A DNA stretch of 53,626 bases, from the IMG/VR virus record IMGVR_UViG_3300030117_006365, positions 1 through 53,626 of that record; one strand, 5' to 3'. The notes below the pieces were generated by a model. It had not been told where the DNA came from. It saw nothing but the letters and a program-made list of their open reading frames with translations, and did not search any database. Positions 8,870 through 19,375 of this stretch are shown piece after piece. A program made the translations under genes and the position numbers. Numbering within the stretch: position 1 is the first letter of the stretch; every line of letters starts with the position of its first letter. Origin of the DNA: a virus. Its lineage: Duplodnaviria > Caudoviricetes.

Positions 8870-9154
8870 ATGGCAAAAACAAAAGAAAAAGAAATAAGAG
8901 TTAAAGAAAGAATGGAAAAAATTCACGACAAGCATTTGAAAGAAATGCAAGATTTAGTGAATACAATAAATGCAATACAATTTAATATCGGTAAAATGGA
9001 AGTTCAAAAACATACCGCTTTAGATGAAATGAAAAAACATCAAGGTAGAATTAGTGATTTTCAGAGCCTACTACTTAGGGAATATGGTTCTTTTGACGTA
9101 AATGTCAACGACGGTACTATAAATTGGCCTAAGGAAAAAGAAGATGAAAAATAA
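8870..9154 (+). CDS. Small coiled-coil hypothetical protein
   Basis: 94 aa, heptad-like helix followed by YGSFDVNVNDGTI. Confidence 0.7.
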   Translation: MAKTKEKEIRVKERMEKIHDKHLKEMQDLVNTINAIQFNIGKMEVQKHTALDEMKKHQGRISDFQSLLLREYGSFDVNVNDGTINWPKEKEDEK

Positions 9155-9371
9155 TATAATAAGAAAAATCACAATAGGTAGAGATTATAAAAATGACTCC
9201 ATGCATTATGCTGTTGGGCAAGAAGTTTATGGTGGGCATAAAATATGCGATATAATAGAGGAGGAAGATAAATATTGTATATATATTAGAAAAGAGGATG
9301 TAGTTATACCTTGGAAGGACTTCAATAAAAATATGGCTATATCGGTTGAGTATAATTTAGAGTATAAATGA
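9144..9371 (+). CDS. Hypothetical protein
   Basis: 75 aa, overlaps both neighbours in a tightly packed operon. Confidence 0.75.
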   Translation: MKNNIIRKITIGRDYKNDSMHYAVGQEVYGGHKICDIIEEEDKYCIYIRKEDVVIPWKDFNKNMAISVEYNLEYK

Positions 9372-9958
9372 AAGCCTACAAAGACTTTATTGTGACCCCA
9401 ATAGGAGAGCGTTATAATAATTCTAAAGAAATTGGCGATAAAGAACTTATACTTAACACTGAAGTATTTAATCACCAATATGTAAATAGAAAAGCAAAAG
9501 TAATCGCTACTCCACTATTATTTCAATCACCTATTAATGTAGGTGATGAAGTAATAGTACATCATAATGTATTTAGAAGATGGCATGATGTTAAGGGTAG
9601 AGAAAAAAATAGTAGATCTTACTGGGAGGATAATAAGTATCTAATAACTGAAGATCAAATATTTTTATATAATGAAAAAGCTATGCCTGGTTACAGTTTT
9701 GTTAAACCAATAAGATCAACAAATCCATATCATTATAATTTAGATTTAGATGTAGAAAAGCCACTAGTTGGTATTATAAAATACTCTGATGGAACTTATA
9801 ATAAAAAAGAGTTAATAGGTTTTACCCCGGGTAGCGAATATGAGTTTGTTATTAACGGTGAGAGATTATACAGAGTTTTAAATAAATTTATTACAATTAA
9901 ATATGAATATCAAGGAAACGAAGAAGAATATAATCCAAGCTGGGCACAAGGCGGTTGA
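9368..9958 (+). CDS. GroES-like protein (second, longer co-chaperonin-like gene)
   Basis: N-terminal DFIVTP...ELIL...AKVIATP...INVGDEVIVHH follows the Cpn10 pattern; a second FVKP...GIIKY...IGF half suggests a tandem domain. Confidence 0.5.
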   Translation: MKAYKDFIVTPIGERYNNSKEIGDKELILNTEVFNHQYVNRKAKVIATPLLFQSPINVGDEVIVHHNVFRRWHDVKGREKNSRSYWEDNKYLITEDQIFLYNEKAMPGYSFVKPIRSTNPYHYNLDLDVEKPLVGIIKYSDGTYNKKELIGFTPGSEYEFVINGERLYRVLNKFITIKYEYQGNEEEYNPSWAQGG

Positions 9959-10178
9959 AGAACTAATTAAAGTTGCTAGAGAAGAAATAGTTGACTCAGA
10001 TGAGGATATATCAGCAGATAGACTAAAGAATGCTGCAGCTACGAAGAAATTAGCTATATTCGATGCTTTTGAAATATTAACTAGAATCCAAGAGGAAGAA
10101 GCTATGCTTGATGGTAAACCCATTGAAGAGGAAAAGAAAAGTACTTTTAAAGGATTTGCAGAGGGTAGATCTAAGTAA
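9903..10178 (+). CDS. Putative terminase small subunit
   Basis: 91 aa helical protein directly upstream of and coupled (TAATG) to the large terminase; positional inference. Confidence 0.55.
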   Translation: MNIKETKKNIIQAGHKAVEELIKVAREEIVDSDEDISADRLKNAAATKKLAIFDAFEILTRIQEEEAMLDGKPIEEEKKSTFKGFAEGRSK

Positions 10179-12412
10179 TGTATAAACAAACATTATATAA
10201 GGTTGTAGAACCTATAAAATTAACTACCATTAAAAGACTTAATAAGTCTAAAAAATGGGAGTACGGTTATAACAAAGAGAATGATGTTGTTGTTATATCA
10301 AAAACTGGAATGATAGGAGATATACTTGAGATTCAAGGTTTTAAAATAGCTTTACCAAAAAAACCTGATAAAGTTTATTCTAGTAGTAAAAACCCGGTGG
10401 GACAAATGTGGAAACAGTTTCCTATAAATGAAGCTTTCAAAAGAATTAAAACTGTATTTGATTGGCAGGCATATCCAGATGATTTTAAGGAAAAACATTA
10501 TGGATATATAGACGAGGAGTTTAGAAGAAGAGAAGAGGGTTTTTGGTTCATGAATAATGGTAAACCAACCTATATTACAGGAACACACTACATGTATCTA
10601 CAGTGGAGTAAGATAGATGTTGGAGCGCCTGATTTTAGAGAAGCAAATAGATTGTTCTTTATATTTTGGGAGGCTTGTAAGGCAGATAGAAGATGTTATG
10701 GAATGTGTTATTTAAAAAATAGACGTTCTGGTTTTTCTTTTATGAGTTCAGCTGAAACTGTTAATTTAGCCACATTAGCTAGTGATAGTAGGTTTGGTAT
10801 ACTATCTAAAACCGGTGCTGATGCTAAGAAGATGTTTACGGATAAAGTAGTACCAATTAGTATTAACTATCCATTCTTCTTTAAACCAATACAAGACGGT
10901 ATGGATCGTCCTAAGTCAGAGCTAGCATATAGAGTTCCTGCTAAAAAGTTTACTCGTAGAAAAATGGGTGTACATGAGGAACAAGATGACATGGAAGGAT
11001 TAGATACAACTATTGACTGGAAAAATACAGGTGACAACAGTTATGATGGTGAAAAACTTTCTTTATTAGTTCATGATGAAAGTGGTAAGTGGGAGAGACC
11101 TGATAATATAAAAAACAACTGGAGAGTAACAAAAACTTGTTTACGATTAGGTAGTAGGATTATAGGTAAATGCATGATGGGATCAACAAGTAATGCTTTA
11201 GATAAAGGAGGTGATAATTTTAAGAACTTATATAACAATTCAGATGTTACACAGAGAAACAGAAACGGACAAACAAAATCTGGCTTATATTCCTTATTTA
11301 TCCCGATGGAATGGAACTACGAGGGTTTTATTGACAAATACGGACAACCTGTTTTTAATACTCCAGAAAAACCAACATTTGATCCACATGGAATAGAAAT
11401 AGATTACGGTGTAATAGACCACTGGGATAATGAAGCTGAGGGATTAAAAGATGACCAAGACGCTTTAAATGAATTTTTTAGACAATTCCCTAGAACAGAG
11501 GAGCACGCGTTTAGAGACGAGACTAATAATAGTTTATTTAATCTTGTTAAAATATACGAGCAAATAGATTACAATGAAGGAAATAGAAATTCATCTGTAT
11601 TAACAAATGGTAATTTCCAATGGATAGGAGGAATAAAAGATACTCAAGTTGTTTTTAATCCAGATCCAAATGGTAGGTTTAAAGTAAGTTGGGTGCCAAA
11701 TAATAATATGCAAAATAATATTATTATAAAAAATGGAATAAAATATCCAGGTAATGAGCACATGGGCGCTTTTGGTTGTGATTCATATGATATATCAGGA
11801 ACGGTAGATGGTACTGGATCAAAAGGAGCTTTACACGGATTAACAAAGTTTTCAATGGAAGACGCTCCTGCAAACACGTTTTTCTTAGAATACATAGCTA
11901 GACCACAAACAGCTGATATATTCTTCGAAGATGTTTTAATGGCACTAGTATTTTATGGTATGCCATTATTAGCAGAGAATAATAAACCTAGACTTTTATA
12001 CTATTTAAGAAGAAGAGGTTATAGAGGTTTTAGTATGAATAGACCTGATAAGGTTTGGAACAAACTATCTGTTGCGGAAAAGGAAGTTGGTGGAATACCA
12101 AACTCTAGTGAAGATATAAAACAAGCTCATGCTGCTGCAATAGAAATGTATATCAATGACCACGTTGGATTATTAGGAGATGGTACTTATGGAACCATGT
12201 ATTTTAATTCTACTTTGAATGATTGGGCTAAATTTGATATAACAAAAAGAACGAAACATGATGCTTCAATAAGTTCAGGTTTAGCTGTAATGGCTTGTAA
12301 CAGACATTTATACAAACCGAATCCAAATAGAGAAGCAACATCATTAGGTATAAATATATCAAAATACGATAATAAAGGATTTTCGTCAACAATAATAAAA
12401 CAAGAAATATGA
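10178..12412 (+). CDS. terL: Terminase large subunit
   Basis: 744 aa; Walker A-like KNRRSGFS, Walker B LLVHDESGKW, motif III GSTSN, RNase H-like FGCDSYD and HDASI. Confidence 0.9.
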   Translation: MYKQTLYKVVEPIKLTTIKRLNKSKKWEYGYNKENDVVVISKTGMIGDILEIQGFKIALPKKPDKVYSSSKNPVGQMWKQFPINEAFKRIKTVFDWQAYPDDFKEKHYGYIDEEFRRREEGFWFMNNGKPTYITGTHYMYLQWSKIDVGAPDFREANRLFFIFWEACKADRRCYGMCYLKNRRSGFSFMSSAETVNLATLASDSRFGILSKTGADAKKMFTDKVVPISINYPFFFKPIQDGMDRPKSELAYRVPAKKFTRRKMGVHEEQDDMEGLDTTIDWKNTGDNSYDGEKLSLLVHDESGKWERPDNIKNNWRVTKTCLRLGSRIIGKCMMGSTSNALDKGGDNFKNLYNNSDVTQRNRNGQTKSGLYSLFIPMEWNYEGFIDKYGQPVFNTPEKPTFDPHGIEIDYGVIDHWDNEAEGLKDDQDALNEFFRQFPRTEEHAFRDETNNSLFNLVKIYEQIDYNEGNRNSSVLTNGNFQWIGGIKDTQVVFNPDPNGRFKVSWVPNNNMQNNIIIKNGIKYPGNEHMGAFGCDSYDISGTVDGTGSKGALHGLTKFSMEDAPANTFFLEYIARPQTADIFFEDVLMALVFYGMPLLAENNKPRLLYYLRRRGYRGFSMNRPDKVWNKLSVAEKEVGGIPNSSEDIKQAHAAAIEMYINDHVGLLGDGTYGTMYFNSTLNDWAKFDITKRTKHDASISSGLAVMACNRHLYKPNPNREATSLGINISKYDNKGFSSTIIKQEI

Positions 12413-14796
12413 GAAACACTTTCATTAATTTTCCATCTCAAGCTGTTAGTGACAAGGAGAAATTAAGTCAAGAATACGGTGAAAAAGTAGCTAAAGCTAT
12501 TAGACATGAGTGGTTTTCGGATAGCACGAATAAGTTTGCTGGAAATTTAAGTGAATTTAGAAAAATGAGATTGTACGCTAGGGGCGAGCAAGATATACAA
12601 AAGTATAAAAACGAGTTATCAATAAACGGAGACTTATCATACTTAAATCTTGATTGGAAACCCGTACCTATTATTCCTAAATTTGTAGATATAGTTGTTA
12701 ATGGTATGGCTAATAGATCTTATGAGATAAATTGCTATTCTCAAGATAGATACGGTGTTAGTAAAAGAACTGAGTACATGGAATCCCTCATGAGAGACAT
12801 GATGGCGAGAAGTTACAATGACGCTGTTAAGTCTATGTTTAACTTTGATTTGTATGAAACTCCACCAGAGAGATTACCAGACACAGAAGAGGAATTACAA
12901 TTACACATGCAGCTTAGTTATAAACAAGCTGTTGAATTAGCTGAAGAACAAGCATTGAATGTTTTATTTGAAAATAGTGATTACGATCTTATAAGAAGAA
13001 GAACTCTTTATGATATATGTACTATAGGTATTGGAGCTACTAAAACAACATTTGATTTTTCAGAAGGAGCAAAGGTTGAATATGTTGACCCAGCTAATCT
13101 AGTTTGGTCACACACTGAATCACCATATTTTGATGATTTATATTATGTTGGAGAAATAAAAGAAATACCAGTAAATGAACTAGTAAAGCAGTTTCCAAAC
13201 TTATCACAAGAGGAGGTGAAAGAAATAACAGACTATTCTCATGACCCAATATCACGAAGTCCTCATGATGATAAAAACAAAGTTAGTGTTTTATATTTTA
13301 ATTATAAAACTCACTCTCACGATATATATAAATTAAAGAAAACAAAACAAGGTGGAGAAAAGGTTATTAAAAAAGATCAAAAATTTAATCCACCACAACA
13401 AAAACAACAAGATGGAGATTTTGAGAAATTAGAAAGAGTTACAGAGGTTTTATTTGAGGGTGTATATGTTATTGGTTCTGAGAAGCTACTAGAGTGGAGA
13501 ATGATGCCTAATATGATGCGAACAAAATCTAATTTCCAAAAGGTAAAAATGAACTATCAAATTGTCGCACCTAGAATGTACGAGGGAAGAATAGAATCTT
13601 TGGTTGGTAGAATAACAGGTTTTGCTGATATGATTCAATTAACTCACTTAAAGTTACAACAAGTAATGTCTAGAATGGTACCTGATGGAGTTTATCTTGA
13701 TGCGGACGGACTTGCTGAGATTGATTTAGGAAACGGTACAAACTACAACCCACAAGAAGCATTAAATATGTTCTTCCAAACTGGTAGTGTTATTGGTAGA
13801 AGTTTTACATCTGAAGGAGACATGAATCCTGGTAAAATACCTATACAGCAAATAAACAACGGTGTTTCAGGAGGAAAGATCCAAGCTTTAATACAAACCT
13901 ACAATTATTATCTACAGATGATAAGAGATGTAACCGGGTTGAATGAAGCTAGAGACGCTGCTTCACCAGATCCTAACGCTTTGGTTGGAGTTCAAAAAAT
14001 GGCAGCCGCTAATTCAAATACAGCAACTAGACATATACTACAATCAATGTTGTATTTAACCTCTGAAGGAGCTGAAAAATTATCACTAAGAATAGCTGAT
14101 ATACTTGAATACTCTCCAACAAAAGAAGCATTTATAAGAGCTATAGGTTCTCACAACGTTGCTACGTTAAAAGAGATGTCCGAGTTACACTTATATGATT
14201 TTGGTATATTTATAGAACTATTACCAGATGAAGAAGAAAAAGCTGTTTTGGAAAATAACATACAGGTTGCGTTAGGTCAACAAATGATAGATCTTGATGA
14301 CGCAATTGATGTTAGAGAGGTTAAGAATTTAAAGTTAGCTAACCAACTACTTAAGTTAAAAAGAAAACAAAAACAAACAAGAGATCAAAGACTAGCCCAA
14401 GAAAACATGCAGGTTCAAGCTCAACAAAATGCTCAACAACAACAAGCGGCGGCACAAGCGGAAGTACAGAAAAATCAAGCTCAAGCACAAATAGAGCAAC
14501 AGGTTGAACAAACAAAAAGTGATTTAAAAATACAGTATTTACTAGAGGAAGCTAAAGTAAAGAAAGAATTAATGGCGTTTGAGTATAACTTATCGTCAAA
14601 AGCTTCTGAGCTTGAAATGCAAAATACAACTAATCTCGAGAGTATGAGAGAAAGAGGTAAAGATAGACGAGAGAAGATGAAAATGAAGAATCAAAGAAAA
14701 ATAGAGAATAGTAGAAATTCAGCTAAATCTGTTAAAAGATTTGAATCTTCAGGTAATGATATAGTTACAGGGGACGCCGGTATTGATCGGTTTTAA
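12409..14796 (+). CDS. Portal protein
   Basis: 795 aa after terL; PIIPKFVDIVV, IRDVTGLNEARD and a Gln-rich C-terminal coiled coil typical of P22-like portals. Confidence 0.85.
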   Translation: MRNTFINFPSQAVSDKEKLSQEYGEKVAKAIRHEWFSDSTNKFAGNLSEFRKMRLYARGEQDIQKYKNELSINGDLSYLNLDWKPVPIIPKFVDIVVNGMANRSYEINCYSQDRYGVSKRTEYMESLMRDMMARSYNDAVKSMFNFDLYETPPERLPDTEEELQLHMQLSYKQAVELAEEQALNVLFENSDYDLIRRRTLYDICTIGIGATKTTFDFSEGAKVEYVDPANLVWSHTESPYFDDLYYVGEIKEIPVNELVKQFPNLSQEEVKEITDYSHDPISRSPHDDKNKVSVLYFNYKTHSHDIYKLKKTKQGGEKVIKKDQKFNPPQQKQQDGDFEKLERVTEVLFEGVYVIGSEKLLEWRMMPNMMRTKSNFQKVKMNYQIVAPRMYEGRIESLVGRITGFADMIQLTHLKLQQVMSRMVPDGVYLDADGLAEIDLGNGTNYNPQEALNMFFQTGSVIGRSFTSEGDMNPGKIPIQQINNGVSGGKIQALIQTYNYYLQMIRDVTGLNEARDAASPDPNALVGVQKMAAANSNTATRHILQSMLYLTSEGAEKLSLRIADILEYSPTKEAFIRAIGSHNVATLKEMSELHLYDFGIFIELLPDEEEKAVLENNIQVALGQQMIDLDDAIDVREVKNLKLANQLLKLKRKQKQTRDQRLAQENMQVQAQQNAQQQQAAAQAEVQKNQAQAQIEQQVEQTKSDLKIQYLLEEAKVKKELMAFEYNLSSKASELEMQNTTNLESMRERGKDRREKMKMKNQRKIENSRNSAKSVKRFESSGNDIVTGDAGIDRF

Positions 14797-14828
14797 TCCT
14801 TATTTTTAATATTTTATAAAATTTTATT

Positions 14829-15977
14829 ATGGCAGAAGAAAAAGAAAACAAAGCCAAAGAGGCTAAGGTTGAGGAACCTAAAAAACCAGAAGTAGCAAAG
14901 GTTGACTTAAAGAAAAGAGCTAAAGAATTAACTAGTAATGTTATAAAAGTAGATCTAGGAAAACCACAAGCAAATAACGAAGAGGTTGATAAACCTGCTG
15001 ATGACGAAGTTATTGTGGTTAATGAGGAACCTAAAGTCGAAGCTCCTAAGGAAGAAACAGAAAGCAAACCTACAATAGAAGATGTTACAAACGAAATACC
15101 TAAAGTTGATGTTCCTAAGGTGGATATACCTGATAATCCTGTAAATAACCTACCAGAAAAGTTACAAAAAGTAGCTGAGTTCATGAATGAAACAGGTGGT
15201 GATTTAAAAGATTTTGTAAACTTAAATAGGGATATTTCAAAAATGGACGACGCAGATGTGTTAGATGAGTATTATAGAAGTACTAAGTCACATCTCACAC
15301 CGGAAGAAAGAAGCTTTATATTAGAGGAAAAATTTAGTTATAATAAAGACGAAGATGATCCTAAAGATATAAAGAGAAAAAAAATAGCACTCAAAGAGCA
15401 AGTTGCCGAGGCTAGAAGCCACTTAGACGGGCAAAAGTCTAAATATTATGAAAATATAAAAGCAGGAACTGGTTTAACAGAAGACCAGAAGACAGCTATT
15501 AATTTTTATAACAAATATAACAAAGAATCTGCAGAGCAGAATCAGAAAACTCAAATTACAAAAGAAGCGTTTTTAAAACAAACTGAAAATGTTTTTAATG
15601 AAGATTTCAAAGGTTTTGATTATCAAATTGGAGACAAAAAATTTAGGTTTAATGTTAAGGATGTTGAGGATGTTAAGAATTTACAAAGTGATTTAAATAA
15701 CTTTGTAGGTAAGTTTTCTGATGAAAACAGAACTGCTATACAAGATCCCACTGGTTATCACAAGTCTTTATTTACAGCGATGAACGCTGATACTATTGCT
15801 AAGCATTTTTACGAACAAGGTAGAGCCGATGCAATTAAAGATACTGTTGCTAAAGATAAGAATATAGATCTTAATCCTAGACAAACACACGGTGATACTA
15901 ATGTTGGGGGAATGAAAGTTAGAGCTGTTGGGGATTCATCTGCTGATTTTAAGTTTAAGATTAAAAAAAATAGATAA
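14829..15977 (+). CDS. Putative capsid scaffolding protein
   Basis: 382 aa, charged with a disordered acidic N-terminus, between portal and major capsid genes. Confidence 0.65.
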   Translation: MAEEKENKAKEAKVEEPKKPEVAKVDLKKRAKELTSNVIKVDLGKPQANNEEVDKPADDEVIVVNEEPKVEAPKEETESKPTIEDVTNEIPKVDVPKVDIPDNPVNNLPEKLQKVAEFMNETGGDLKDFVNLNRDISKMDDADVLDEYYRSTKSHLTPEERSFILEEKFSYNKDEDDPKDIKRKKIALKEQVAEARSHLDGQKSKYYENIKAGTGLTEDQKTAINFYNKYNKESAEQNQKTQITKEAFLKQTENVFNEDFKGFDYQIGDKKFRFNVKDVEDVKNLQSDLNNFVGKFSDENRTAIQDPTGYHKSLFTAMNADTIAKHFYEQGRADAIKDTVAKDKNIDLNPRQTHGDTNVGGMKVRAVGDSSADFKFKIKKNR

Positions 15978-15996
15978 CTTTAAAAAAATATAAATT

Positions 15997-17481
15997 ATGG
16001 CAATTTCAAATCCCGGTGGTAATTTGAATAGTGTTCCAGCTTCACAGCAAGTAGCACTAGATACAAATTACATCGATTTTACGAGTGCAACAACAAAAGG
16101 TTGGGCTCAACAATACTTGCCTGACTTAATGGAAAAAGAAGCTGAAGTTTTTGGACAAAGAACTATAGCAGGATTTCTTGAGAAAGTCGGTGCAGAAGAG
16201 GCTATGTCCTCAGACCAAGTGATCTGGTCAGAACAATCAAGATTACATATTTCATTAAAAGGTACTATTGATTTAGATGGTAACGTATCTACATCAGGTG
16301 CTAAAGGTTCTTTTACTGTTACATCTGATATAGATGGAAACGCTGGAGCAGCTCCAGATTTCGTTGTCACTAAACATGGTGTTAGAAATCACGATATAGT
16401 TTTATTATCATCTCCAGGTAAAGTATCTAGATGTATGGTAGTGGCTGTTGATGGTGCTGCTATAGGTTTAAGAGCTTATGATGAAGATGTACTAACTGGT
16501 CACTCTGAAGTAGCAAGTGCTGCAACACTATTAGTTATCGGTTCTGAATTTAAGAAAGGTGATAACTACGATGGTTTATCTACTAAAGGATCTAACGAAC
16601 CTACTTTCAAGTCATTTTCAAACAAACCAATTATAATGAAGGATTTTTATTCTATATCAGGATCTGATACTTCAAGAGTTGGTTGGGTTGAAATCACTGG
16701 TGAAGAAGGTCAAAATGGTTACTTATGGTACTTGAAAGCAGAAGCTGATACAAGAGCTAGATTTAACGATCACTTAGAGATGACAATGTTAGAAGCTGTT
16801 AAAACTTCTAATTCGTCTAACGTAGATACTGAATTAGGTTTTAGTGCAAACGAAAGTGGTACTGAAGGTTTATTTGCTGCTATCGAAGATAGAGGTAATA
16901 TAACTACAGGTGTTACTGGTGTTAGTGCTGCTACTGATTTAGCTGAGTTCGATGCTATCTTAGCTGAGTTTGACAAACAAGGTGCTATTGAAGAATACAT
17001 GATGTTTGTAAACAGAGCTACTAGTTTAGCAATGGACGACATGCTTGCTTCAATGAATTCTTACGGAGCTGGAGGTACTTCTTACGGGGTATTTGACAAC
17101 GACGAAGATATGGCATTAAATTTAGGTTTCTCAGGATTCAGAAGAGGTTCTTACGACTTCTATAAATCTGACTTTAGATACTTAAATGATAAAGCAACTA
17201 GAGGTGGTGTAAATGCTACTGCTGGTTCTGCTGCTATCAGAGGAGTTATGATTCCAGCTGGTACATCTACTGTGTATGACCAATCGTTAGGTAAAAACCT
17301 AAAACGACCATTCTTACACGTTAGATATAGAGCTTCCGCAACAGACAATAGAAAGATGAAAACTTGGACTACTGGTTCTGTCGGTGCTACTACATCAGCG
17401 CTTGATGCAATGGAGATTCACATGTTATCAGAAAGATGTTTAATCACACAAGGTGCAAACAACTTTATGTTAATGAAGTAA
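15997..17481 (+). CDS. Major capsid protein
   Basis: 494 aa after the scaffold; WAQQYLPDL, GTEGLFAAIEDRG, SERCLITQGANNF; followed by a strong terminator. Confidence 0.85.
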   Translation: MAISNPGGNLNSVPASQQVALDTNYIDFTSATTKGWAQQYLPDLMEKEAEVFGQRTIAGFLEKVGAEEAMSSDQVIWSEQSRLHISLKGTIDLDGNVSTSGAKGSFTVTSDIDGNAGAAPDFVVTKHGVRNHDIVLLSSPGKVSRCMVVAVDGAAIGLRAYDEDVLTGHSEVASAATLLVIGSEFKKGDNYDGLSTKGSNEPTFKSFSNKPIIMKDFYSISGSDTSRVGWVEITGEEGQNGYLWYLKAEADTRARFNDHLEMTMLEAVKTSNSSNVDTELGFSANESGTEGLFAAIEDRGNITTGVTGVSAATDLAEFDAILAEFDKQGAIEEYMMFVNRATSLAMDDMLASMNSYGAGGTSYGVFDNDEDMALNLGFSGFRRGSYDFYKSDFRYLNDKATRGGVNATAGSAAIRGVMIPAGTSTVYDQSLGKNLKRPFLHVRYRASATDNRKMKTWTTGSVGATTSALDAMEIHMLSERCLITQGANNFMLMK

Positions 17482-17493
17482 TCTACTTTAAAT

Positions 17494-17527
17494 ATAGGGG
17501 CAGCTAAATGCTGCCTCTATTTTTTTT
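17494..17527 (+). terminator. Intrinsic terminator after the capsid gene
   Basis: 11-bp stem ATAGGGGCAGC / GCTGCCTCTAT (one G-U pair), 5-nt loop, followed by a T run. Confidence 0.85.
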
Positions 17528-17547
17528 AATTTTTATTATATTATATT

Positions 17548-18366
17548 ATGGCAAAGAAAAAACAAACAAAAACCGAGGTTACACCTCAGGAAGAAGTTGC
17601 TGTGGTTGAGCAACCCAAAACAAAACAACCTGTAAAACCTAAAAACTCTTGGGTTATTGAAGATAAGGTTTATTATTTAAAAAACAAAATGAGACCTTTA
17701 TCTTATTCTATTAGATCAGCTAACATTTATTATTTTGATGAAAACAAAGGTTATGAGAGAGAATTAAAATACTGTCAAAACCAAAAAACACCTTTTGTAG
17801 ATGAAATGAAGGGAGACCAAAGACTAGAACATATTATATTTAGAAATGGAGCTCTTCATGTTACTAGGGAAAAACAAACTTTACAGAAGCTTTTATCATT
17901 ATACCATCCAGATAGAGGTACTTTATTTTTTGAGTATAAACCTGTCGAGATAGCTAAGAATCAATTAGACTGGTTAGAGTTTGAGGTTGAGGCTTTAAAA
18001 ATAGCTAAAGAATTAGATGTTGATATGGCTGAAGCTATTATGAGAGCAGAGAAAGGATCTAGTGTGTCTAGGTTGAGTTCTAAGGAGCTTAGAAGAGATT
18101 TACTACTATTTGCTAGAGATAATCCCGCTTTGTTCTTAGAATTAGCCGCTGATGACAATGTACAGCTTAGAAACTATGGTATAAAAGCTGTTGAAGCTGG
18201 TATAATAGCTTTATCAGGTGACCAACGTCATTTTACTTGGGCTTCAAATGGAAGAAAGTTAATGACTGTTCCATTTGATGAACATCCATATTCAGCGTTA
18301 GCTCAATGGTTTAAGACCGACGAGGGTATGGAAATATTCTCAAATATAGAAAAAAGATTAGGTTAA
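17548..18366 (+). CDS. Hypothetical protein following the capsid gene
   Basis: 272 aa with A/T-rich start context, bracketed by terminators. Confidence 0.8.
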   Translation: MAKKKQTKTEVTPQEEVAVVEQPKTKQPVKPKNSWVIEDKVYYLKNKMRPLSYSIRSANIYYFDENKGYERELKYCQNQKTPFVDEMKGDQRLEHIIFRNGALHVTREKQTLQKLLSLYHPDRGTLFFEYKPVEIAKNQLDWLEFEVEALKIAKELDVDMAEAIMRAEKGSSVSRLSSKELRRDLLLFARDNPALFLELAADDNVQLRNYGIKAVEAGIIALSGDQRHFTWASNGRKLMTVPFDEHPYSALAQWFKTDEGMEIFSNIEKRLG

Positions 18367-18384
18367 TATCTTTTAACTAATATT

Positions 18385-18415
18385 AATAGCCACTCATTTT
18401 GGGTGGCTATTTTTA
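18385..18415 (+). terminator. Intrinsic terminator
   Basis: AATAGCCACTCA-TTT-TGGGTGGCTATT followed by TTT. Confidence 0.8.
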
Positions 18416-18442
18416 TTTAGGGGCTAACCTTCCGCTTTATTA

Positions 18443-18460
18443 TGTAACTATAATATAGTA
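18443..18460 (+). promoter_or_regulatory. Copy of recurrent intergenic motif (candidate late promoter)
   Basis: TGTAACTATAATATAGTA just downstream of a terminator and upstream of the tail genes. Confidence 0.45.
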
Positions 18461-18474
18461 AAATATATTATAAT

Positions 18475-18636
18475 ATGAGCACATCAAAAGGATTAGGAGA
18501 TACAGTAGAAAAGTTCACAAAAGCTACCGGTATAAAATCATTAATGGATATATCCATGGGAGCTATAGGTAAAAAAGATTGTGGATGTAATAAGCGAAAA
18601 CAATGGTTAAATAAAAATTTTCCATATAAAAAATAA
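18475..18636 (+). CDS. Small basic Cys-containing protein (53 aa, not in ORF track)
   Basis: Manual translation MSTSKGLGDTVEKFTKATGIKSLMDISMGAIGKKDCGCNKRKQWLNKNFPYKK; fills the gap in operon orientation and ends 5 nt before the next start. Confidence 0.8.
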   Translation: MSTSKGLGDTVEKFTKATGIKSLMDISMGAIGKKDCGCNKRKQWLNKNFPYKK

Positions 18637-18641
18637 ATGAA

Positions 18642-19373
18642 ATGGTAAATATAGACACGGTATATCAAAAGGTTTTAGCTCTAGCAAATAAAGAACAGAG
18701 AGGTTATATAACACCTCAAGAGTTTAACTTATTAGCTGACAAAGCTCAATTGGAAGTATTTGATAGTTATTTCCACGAGTTCAAAATGCTTGATCTGAAG
18801 CCAAAGACAAACAATGTTAAAAGTGATGACACTGAATTTGTTGAAGAAAAGCTTGCCCCATTTAAAACTGCGATGGCGTGGTCTCTTCCTGATTCAAATG
18901 GTCTTCCTTATCTTTCATTGCCATCGAATCTATATAGATTAAATAGTGTACATAAAATGGGGAGTTCAAATTTTGAATTTTTCCCTATAGAACCAATGAC
19001 TATAGAAGAAGTAACATACACTGAAATGAACCCTTTAACAAAAGCTACTAAAAAAAGAATGGTTTACGTTAGAGAACCAAACAACATACTTACTATACTT
19101 CCATTTTATCAAGATGGTGATGATCCTATAAGTGGTGTTGTTAATTTTTTTAGAAAGCCCACTACTCCAAAGTGGGGATACGTTGTAGTAAAGGGAAAAG
19201 CTTTGTGGAATAATAATACAACCTACACTACCCACTTCGAACTACATCCCTCTGAAGAAGAAATATTAGTTTCTAAAATAATAGCTATGGCTGGATTAAC
19301 TATAATGAAGCCAGAGATTATACAAGCTGGTGGTGGAATGGAAGCAGCAATTAAACAATCACAAAATGATTAA
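18642..19373 (+). CDS. Putative tail/neck ring (adaptor) protein
   Basis: 243 aa; NKEQRGYITPQEFN.LA..AQ start and FRKPTTPKW; position after the head genes. Confidence 0.6.
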   Translation: MVNIDTVYQKVLALANKEQRGYITPQEFNLLADKAQLEVFDSYFHEFKMLDLKPKTNNVKSDDTEFVEEKLAPFKTAMAWSLPDSNGLPYLSLPSNLYRLNSVHKMGSSNFEFFPIEPMTIEEVTYTEMNPLTKATKKRMVYVREPNNILTILPFYQDGDDPISGVVNFFRKPTTPKWGYVVVKGKALWNNNTTYTTHFELHPSEEEILVSKIIAMAGLTIMKPEIIQAGGGMEAAIKQSQND

Positions 19374-19375
19374 CT

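Noticed and set aside
10178-12412. Intein or intron in the long terminase gene
   Set aside because: The frame is continuous, ATPase and nuclease motifs are in normal order, and no intein splice-junction or homing-endonuclease motifs were seen.
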